Of a DNA stretch of 64,000 nt, positions 57,562 to 64,000 are shown in pieces (the stretch's first letter is position 1; each line of letters opens with the position of its first letter). The notes under the pieces were generated by a model. It made no database searches and was not told the DNA's origin. It saw only the letters and a program-made list of their open reading frames with translations. A program made the translations under genes and the position numbers. The DNA lies in NCBI GenBank assembly GCA_964016885.1, contig OZ024741.1, forward strand, positions 366,854,001 through 366,918,000, given 5' to 3'. Source of the DNA: Eledone cirrhosa (lineage: Eukaryota).

Positions 57562-58060
57562 TTAATCCACTTGATACCAAACTGCCCGAAAACACTCCTG
57601 GTTATATAATACAAAGCTGATGATGGTGCGTACCATAAGTCATTGGGCCATCAAAGTCAAATATATATTTTGTATGACTTATCCATTTTCATATCAAACT
57701 CCCTAAAATGCTCCAGGTTCTATGATACTAAGCTGTTTATTTTAAAGTGTTTATATGTATCTTAAATCCTTCCATTATAATTTTATGTATGAACCTTTGT
57801 TAAGTTACGTTCCAAACACCAGCTTAATAATTGTTTCTACTTTTTGGCACAAGGCCAGCAATTACCCAGTGCATTACTGGTACTTTATTTTATCGACCCC
57901 GTAAGGATGAAAGGCAAAGTTAACCTCGGCGGGATTTGAACTCAGAATGGCAAGGGCCATAATTCTATGCGTCAAAGCATGGCGTCCGACCCTCTACCGA
58001 TACTGCAATGAGAAAGTTAATTACATTTATAACTCCCTTCAAATTCTTGATTATTTTCAA
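57562..58060. mobile_element. MITE family 2 remnant with nested SINE A (~57823-57987, -)
   Basis: ttgataccaaactgcc and ttccaaacaccagcttaat interior shared with the 32014 and 40448 copies. Confidence 0.6.
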
Positions 58061-58089
58061 TGGAACTAATTGACTTTCTGGAGTTCTTA

Positions 58090-58411
58090 TCGATAATACA
58101 CCTTTCATACAAATTTGGGTGTCCTGATGGTATTAGGACACTTAATTGGCATTTTACGGTTGACTAGTGCTGTAGAAACCCCATCAGCAACTTCCAGTTC
58201 TTTGTGAACTTTGACAACAAAAAACTGTGCAACTTTCAGGAAGCAAGCAATCTCTAAATCATTATACACTGCCTTTAAGGCAATGATTACAGCCCGAGTT
58301 AGCTTGATGTCTGACATCCTTTATCTGAAAAGAAATGATAATCAGAACAAGTTAGAAACAAGTTAGAGCTATTAAAAGACATGTCCTTAAAGAACTGAGC
58401 AACCCTGTATA
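58090..58411 (-). mobile_element. Tc1/mariner 5' fragment (TA-cagggt end and transposase N-terminus)
   Basis: Minus strand tatacagggtt; ORF 58105-58317 RAVIIALKAVYNDLEIACFLKVAQFFVVKVHKEL is HTH-like. Confidence 0.55.
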
Positions 58412-58659
58412 ATAGTAAAATATAAATGTACAAAACTGGATAGCTTAGGGGAAGAATGAATATGAGTTGCTGATTTAGTGTTAAATTGGAGAAGAAGGGG
58501 TCAGTTAGTGAATACGTTCCTTCCACTCATAGAACTCCAGTAGTGTATTCAGCAATATATTGTTAATTAAAATAATACATCACAACTTACATCACCTACT
58601 CATGATTTTGGCCTCTCACTTCAAATCACCATCAGTCATGAATACTCTCCTCCTCTGAA

Positions 58660-59450
58660 GTAGGTGAGATGGAGAGGCAGCTCAGCAAGACTTCTCACAG
58701 GCAAGCAACATAGATATAAGCTCTTTTGGGTAGGTAATGATGAAGGGGTAGGTGGAGTATGCATCCTACTGGCTGAGAAGTGGATAGATAAGGTAAACAA
58801 AGTAGTTAGAGTAAGTGACAGAATTATCAAACTTAGAATAGGCATAGGCAATAGAATGACAGCAGTTATCTTTTGCTATGCACCACAAACAGGCCTAAGT
58901 AAGGAACAAAAGGATAGCTTTTATAAACAACTTCAGTTACTGATAACAGAGACCTTATTGTCTTAGCAGATGACTTCAAGGGACATGTTGGACAGTACAA
59001 GTATGGCTACACTGGTGTATATGGTAGCTATGGTTATGGCTCAAGAAATGAAGAGGGAATGAAGCTCCTGGAATTCTGTGGTGCAAATGATTTAACCATT
59101 TGCAACACTAACTTCAAGAAACCAGCCAGCCACCAGATCACCTACCAGTCAGGCAAACACATGAGCCAGATTGACTTCACACTTGTTAGAAAACGAGATA
59201 GGTAGATGGTTAAAAATATTAAGCCCTTCCGTGGAGAAGAATGCACTGCCCAACATAAGTTAGTTATCAGCAACATCAAAATAAGCTCAAGACAGAAGAG
59301 GAAACACAGGAGAATCTAGAGGAGAAGAGTTTGGAAGCTAAAAGACCTTTCTCTTAAGTGTAGGTTCAGGAAAGCTTTACTTGAGACATATGAGAAAGAC
59401 AAGATAGACACATATGACATGGAAGACAATTGGAATTCCTATATGATAAC
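58660..59450 (+). pseudogene. RTE-clade LINE AP-endonuclease fragment
   Basis: RWRG, GVGGVCILL, RVSDRII, CYAPQTG, DFKGHVG, NTNFKK, SQIDF, QHKLV; contains stops and frameshifts. Confidence 0.88.
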
Positions 59451-59731
59451 CTACTACAGACTATTGTTATCTGATTATATATATAGTTTAGGGATTGTAA
59501 TGTCAAGTTACTGATGGTACACCAAAGTGAACACTCAATGCGTAGTCGCCAGTAGGTATAAATGTACTAAGCAGAGTGTAATGATAATAATAATAATATG
59601 GACGAAGTGTCAAATTTTCATTAAGTCTATTTAGGTGTGACACGCATTTCGTGATTGATCAGCTCAAGGTTCGATCTGTATCGATTAGAATTGCGCTAAT
59701 AGAAGTCTGATGAGCTTTTGATTCCACAGTT

Positions 59732-59890
59732 GGAATGGCTTAGTGGTTAGAGCATTGGGCTTGCAATCGAAAGGTTGTGAGTTCAATTCTCGGGTGATGT
59801 GTTGTTTCCTTGAGCAAGACACTTTATTTCATGTTGCTCCAGTTTACTCAGCTGTAGAAATGAGATGATAGGACTGGGGTCCCTATCATT
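59732..59890 (+). mobile_element. SINE family B 5' half
   Basis: tggcttagtggttagagc ... tccttgagcaagacactt. Confidence 0.8.
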
Positions 59891-60842
59891 AAATTACCCA
59901 AGAGACCTCCAATGAGATATATCTTGGAGGAGGCCAGCTAAACCTGCAAAGGTGGGAGTTGTCACACACACACACACAATCAATACAGATCAAACCTTGA
60001 GCTGATCAATTGCGAAATACACATCACAGGCTAAAGCATACATCTAATATGCACCACATTCGCCTTCATTCCCCTTTCCATATATCTCCCACATCCTAAC
60101 ACTCCACCCCATACACAGGCCCCTATACCTACCTCCCCAATCCCCACACACATCCCCCACTAAGTAGGTGTCACAAAAAGCACCCAGCACACACTGTAAA
60201 TGTGGTTGGCATTAGGAAGGGCATCCAGCCATAGAAACCTAGCCAGAAACAGTTCTGTATGAGCAAGACACGGTCACCTGACCCAACTTGCCTCAAATAG
60301 GACAACCCATCTAACCCATGCTAGTGTGGAAAATGGACATTAAATGGTGATGTTATACATATATATATCCTGGAGAGGGATGGGCTTCGCCAGGCTTTAA
60401 ATGCCCAAGAAACACTGTATGTCAATACGGCGCCCCTACGATTCTATCGGAAGTTACGGGACCATACCATACTATATATATACATATGAGAAAAACCACA
60501 AACCCTCCATCTCAATTCTACTTTTGAAAAGCAGAAGAAACCGGTAAAGGAACCAAATAAATATATATTTTAAAAAAAAAAAGACCCCAGTTGCATTTTC
60601 GATTTCATCTTTTTTCCTTATATATATATAGTAGAATGTGTGTTTAAAATACCATAGCATTTAAAACATTCAAACATTAACTGATTGAACACTGAAAACA
60701 GGATATTTATTTTCTTTTTAAAAAAAATGACTGTCATTTTTTAAATAGAAAATAAACATCCTGTGTTGGCCGTCACATTCAGTCATAGCCAGCACGGACT
60801 GGAATAGAATTCTGTCGATCGATTGGTTATTGATTAGGTGAA

Positions 60843-60953
60843 ACCCGCTGATGAAGCTACATGTACCAATTGTGCATTGTTGCATAATAAATGCAGACAG
60901 TGGATGCTGTGCTCTATTGCTGCATTAAGCGAGGCAGAAACTCGAGTTTGGGT
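60843..60953 (+). ncRNA. Type I hammerhead with ~74-nt loop II
   Basis: ACCCG CTGATGA aGCT ... GGCa GAAAC tcga GTT TGGGT; homologous 3' half at ~25996-26077 reads GCa GAAAC ttga GTC CGGG. Confidence 0.68.
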
Positions 60954-61041
60954 ATAGATTGAAGGTACCCATTTATCTGAGAGTTTACATAACATTACCT
61001 ATTAAGTACGCTGAGATGCAACCAGCACTATATATTTATAT

Positions 61042-61225
61042 ATGGGAACTTCTGTATGCAGATGACCTAGTTCTCATAACAGAATCCTTAGAATAGTTAA
61101 AGAGGAAATTCCAGACACGGATGTAAAATTTGGAATCGAATGGCCTCAAAGTAAACTGAGGAAAGATAAAAGTGTTAGTAAGTAGAAAAAATAGACAAAA
61201 CTCTAATACCATCAGAGAAAAGATC
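61042..61225 (+). pseudogene. Short RTE RT fragment
   Basis: WELLYADDLVL...GLKVN, same family as 29334-30412. Confidence 0.8.
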
Positions 61226-61439
61226 TAGCTCAGAGTATATTTAATCCAGTAAAATTTGGGTCAACCTTCATTTAATTGACAGAAGCTTGTGGCAGTATAT
61301 TTCATTATCTCCCCACCATCATTCCCCTGATTCTGCCAATATGCTGTGCTTGGAGATCTAAATAATCTTAAAATGTTTTCATCATTGATGATGAAGTTAA
61401 TAGGGTAAAACATTATTGGTTGACTTATGAAGCATTAGG

Positions 61440-62202
61440 AAATTTGGAATTTGAAATATATTCACCACAATGCATGTAACTATAATAGTAGTTGATAACT
61501 AAGAATTAACCCTTTAGCATTTACATTACTCTATATATACTATTGTATTTTCATGGTAAAGGCTTTATCTCACATAATATCAAATCTATGAGATTTTGAT
61601 ATTAAATATTTTGAGAACAATATCTTAATATCAGTATGAATGACCAGTTACAGCCAGTTTGAATAGAAAGAGGTGAGAGAATTCTAGCCGGATACAGCTG
61701 GTTTAAATGTTAAAGGGTTAAATAATTATATAAATTAGGTAAAGTATTCCTGGAGATAGAAAAAAGTGGAGAGAAATACCTGCATGGAGTTGAAACACAC
61801 ATCTCTCATATGCCAAACAAATATATTTTGCAAATGTTCTTACGGCATATGAGAGATATGTTTTGATTCCTAACAGACATTTTTCTCCACTTTTTTCAAT
61901 CTCCAGGAATAGTTTACCTTATTTATTTAACTATTTAATCTTTAGTTATCAACTACTAGGTGGATTGGCAGTATCGGTAGAGGGTTGGACGCCATGCTTT
62001 GCATCATAACCCTTTACAATCTGAGTTCAAATCCTGCCAAGGATAACTCTGCCTTTCATCTTTATGGGGTTGATGAAATAAAGCACTAGTAAAGTATTGG
62101 GGTTGATTCAATCGACTTTCTCCTCCCCCCAAATTACTGGCCTTGTGCTTATAGTAGAAATCATTATAGTTATTTGCACTGTGGCAAATATATTTTCAAA
62201 TT
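61440..62202. mobile_element. Old foldback element with MITE 1 (61506-61721) in the left arm and SINE A (~61959-62167) in the right arm
   Basis: Arms re-pair once both inserts are removed (tagtagttgataactaa / ttagttatcaactacta; ctctcatatgcc / ggcatatgagag). Confidence 0.75.
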
Positions 62203-63070
62203 ATATAATCTCATCGTTATTCTTTCATTTGATTTCTATTTTACTTTGTTTAATATTTTCTTAAAAAACATAATTCTGTTTTGCTATAATTTAAGACGTT
62301 TATAAATGCAATTAAAATTGTCTTGGTAATTATACTATTTCATGTGTAACAAGTGAGTTATTAAGTCTGGTATGATCTGAAGAATCTTGACATTAAGATC
62401 AGGCTGGCGTTAGACCAAAAATTCTAAAGAAAATAAGAAAGCCACAATGTTTTTATCTCGTATAAACCCACCCACCTACACATTGCTTGTGGAGAGTCAT
62501 GGGCATAGCCCCTTCTACCTTAGTATACCATTGAAACATACACACACACACACACATGCATACACACATGCATACACACATGCATACACACATTGTTGTT
62601 GCACCTCAATTAGTTCTGACAATCAGTGTTCCGGTTGTTTAATCAACAGAAGAGCCAGCTCAAGAAATTAACATGCAAGTGACTGCACATATGTGTATGG
62701 TAGGGAGGAGGGGTTGGATAAGTGTGTGGGTGTTGTTATTATTTAGTCATTGATTGAATTGAACTATGAAAGTAATGACTTTCCATATATGACCATCCTT
62801 TTGCATATTGCTCAATGCTTCCTTTGTGTTTTATTTAAGATGACAGTAGGATGTGATTTGATGGTGATTTTGGTGTTTTTTTTCTAGCAGTTACCCCATA
62901 TTTATGTGTATATGAGTATCAGTGAATATCAGTGATTATTAGGGAGCATCAGTGAGTGCCTGTGAGTGTGTTAGGGAAATATTCTCATGCAAATGCACAT
63001 TCTTATACTGTATCATTATATTGTACTTCAGTCATTTCAATATGACTTAATATTAAAAAAATAGATGGTA

Positions 63071-63116
<46 letters not shown>

Positions 63117-63199
63117 AAAAGGTAAACAGAAATAACAACACAATCGGCACAGTATATGGAAGGAATATATTAGGTTAACGCTTAAAATAGCAGGATGAG

Positions 63200-63238
63200 T
63201 GCCTTAACGTTTCGGACACTAATCCTTCATCAGAAGAA
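63200..63238 (-). ncRNA. Minimal hammerhead, same family as 55034
   Basis: Minus strand TCTT CTGATGA a GGAT tagt GTCC GAAA CGTT AAGG. Confidence 0.65.
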
Positions 63239-63594
63239 AGAATGCAAAATAAGATAGATTGAAGGGATGGGTGGGGTGGAATTGGAAAAATTGCCTTAGA
63301 TATATATATATATATGGTTGGCGTTAGGAAGGGCTTCCTGCTGTAGAAAACCAGCCAGAAACACTCCTTTATGAGTGAGACATGGTCATCCGACCCAACT
63401 TGCCTCTAAATGGGACCCGTCTAACCCATGCTAGCATGGAAGATAGATGTTAATCGATGATGATGATGATATATGTTGGTTGTTTAAAAATCTGCCGACT
63501 TATTCTTTAACAGATGTGAAGCACTCCAAGATCTCATCTGGAGTTTTATTACAGTAAATAAGAGAGACAGTTTTATTCATACATCCCTATTTTA

Positions 63595-63664
63595 TTCGTT
63601 ATACATATTTCGAAGATGTAAGGTGGTTATATTATAACTGCCTTACACATTCTCTTCAAACAAA
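63595..63664 (-). ncRNA. Hammerhead with long rod-like stem II, inside inverted repeat 63550-63772
   Basis: Minus strand TTTGT TTGAAGA GAA tg TGTAAGG ca GTTATA a TATAAC ca CCTTACA tc TTC GAAAT atgt ATA ACGAA; C3 is U. Confidence 0.65.
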
Positions 63665-63831
63665 CATGCAAACGAGATGTAAAATTCCATTGATATGTTA
63701 CCAGTTGGACGTGTTATTCACCTCGCCGACCGTAGGGATGTATGAATAAAACTGTCTCTCTTATTTACTATATATATATACAAATATTAAATATCAGAGA
63801 ACAACATCAGAATTTTGAATAATTACATTTA

Positions 63832-63945
63832 CTGGATGACAAATTGTTTCGGAAAGCTAATCATTAATTTGTACGTTATCAAATTTACTATTGATGTTTG
63901 TACAGTAAAAATAACTGTTCGATTAGATTCCCTCTTCAGAGCCAA
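63832..63945 (-). ncRNA. Type I hammerhead with 12-bp stem II and ~58-nt loop II
   Basis: Minus strand TTGGCT CTGAAGA GGGAATCTAATC ... GATTAGCTTTCC GAAAC aattt GTC ATCCAG. Confidence 0.75.
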
Positions 63946-64000
63946 AAAGAATGTTACACTTGGAATTCGCATCATCAGTCTGGAACCCCTATCTTGCTCA

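Noticed and set aside
57615-57650. CTGATGA TGGT gcgt ACCA hairpin
   Set aside because: Followed by TAAG rather than GAAA; stems I and III absent
62375-62410. CTGAAGA ATCTT...AAGAT hairpin
   Set aside because: No GAAA or cleavage triplet after stem II

Overview
AT-rich, repeat-saturated metazoan genomic DNA with no recognisable intact host gene. The SINE, RTE and microsatellite content suggests a mollusc, probably octopus-like (inference only). Most long ORFs in the track are artefacts of micro- and minisatellites: a 37/52-bp array at about 4.1-6.8 kb, a 29-bp array at 15.2-16.6 kb and a 48-bp array at 41.4-48.8 kb. Real coding remnants are all transposon-derived: two Helitrons with Pif1 helicase fragments, RTE-type LINE RT and endonuclease fragments, and two Tc1/mariner fragments. 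There are also two TTAA-flanked piggyBac-type MITE families, three hAT-type MITEs and several tRNA-derived SINE families. The main signal not explained by these features is non-coding. By eye I read about 14 complete type I hammerhead-ribozyme cores, plus several half or decayed ones, from many unrelated short elements. Most are embedded in or next to (TA)n tracts, often with tandem or inverted termini, as in Penelope pseudo-LTRs or retrozymes. They include two diverged 416-475-bp tandem units with covarying hairpins and an octamer/TATA arrangement just upstream of the ribozyme, U3-A8 core covariants, and hammerheads with 46-75-nt stem II inserts. A second oddity is an LTR-like segment fused to a 39-nt antisense copy of the CCA-bearing 3' half of tRNA-Trp that stops at the anticodon loop. 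All structures were folded by eye; no searches were run.
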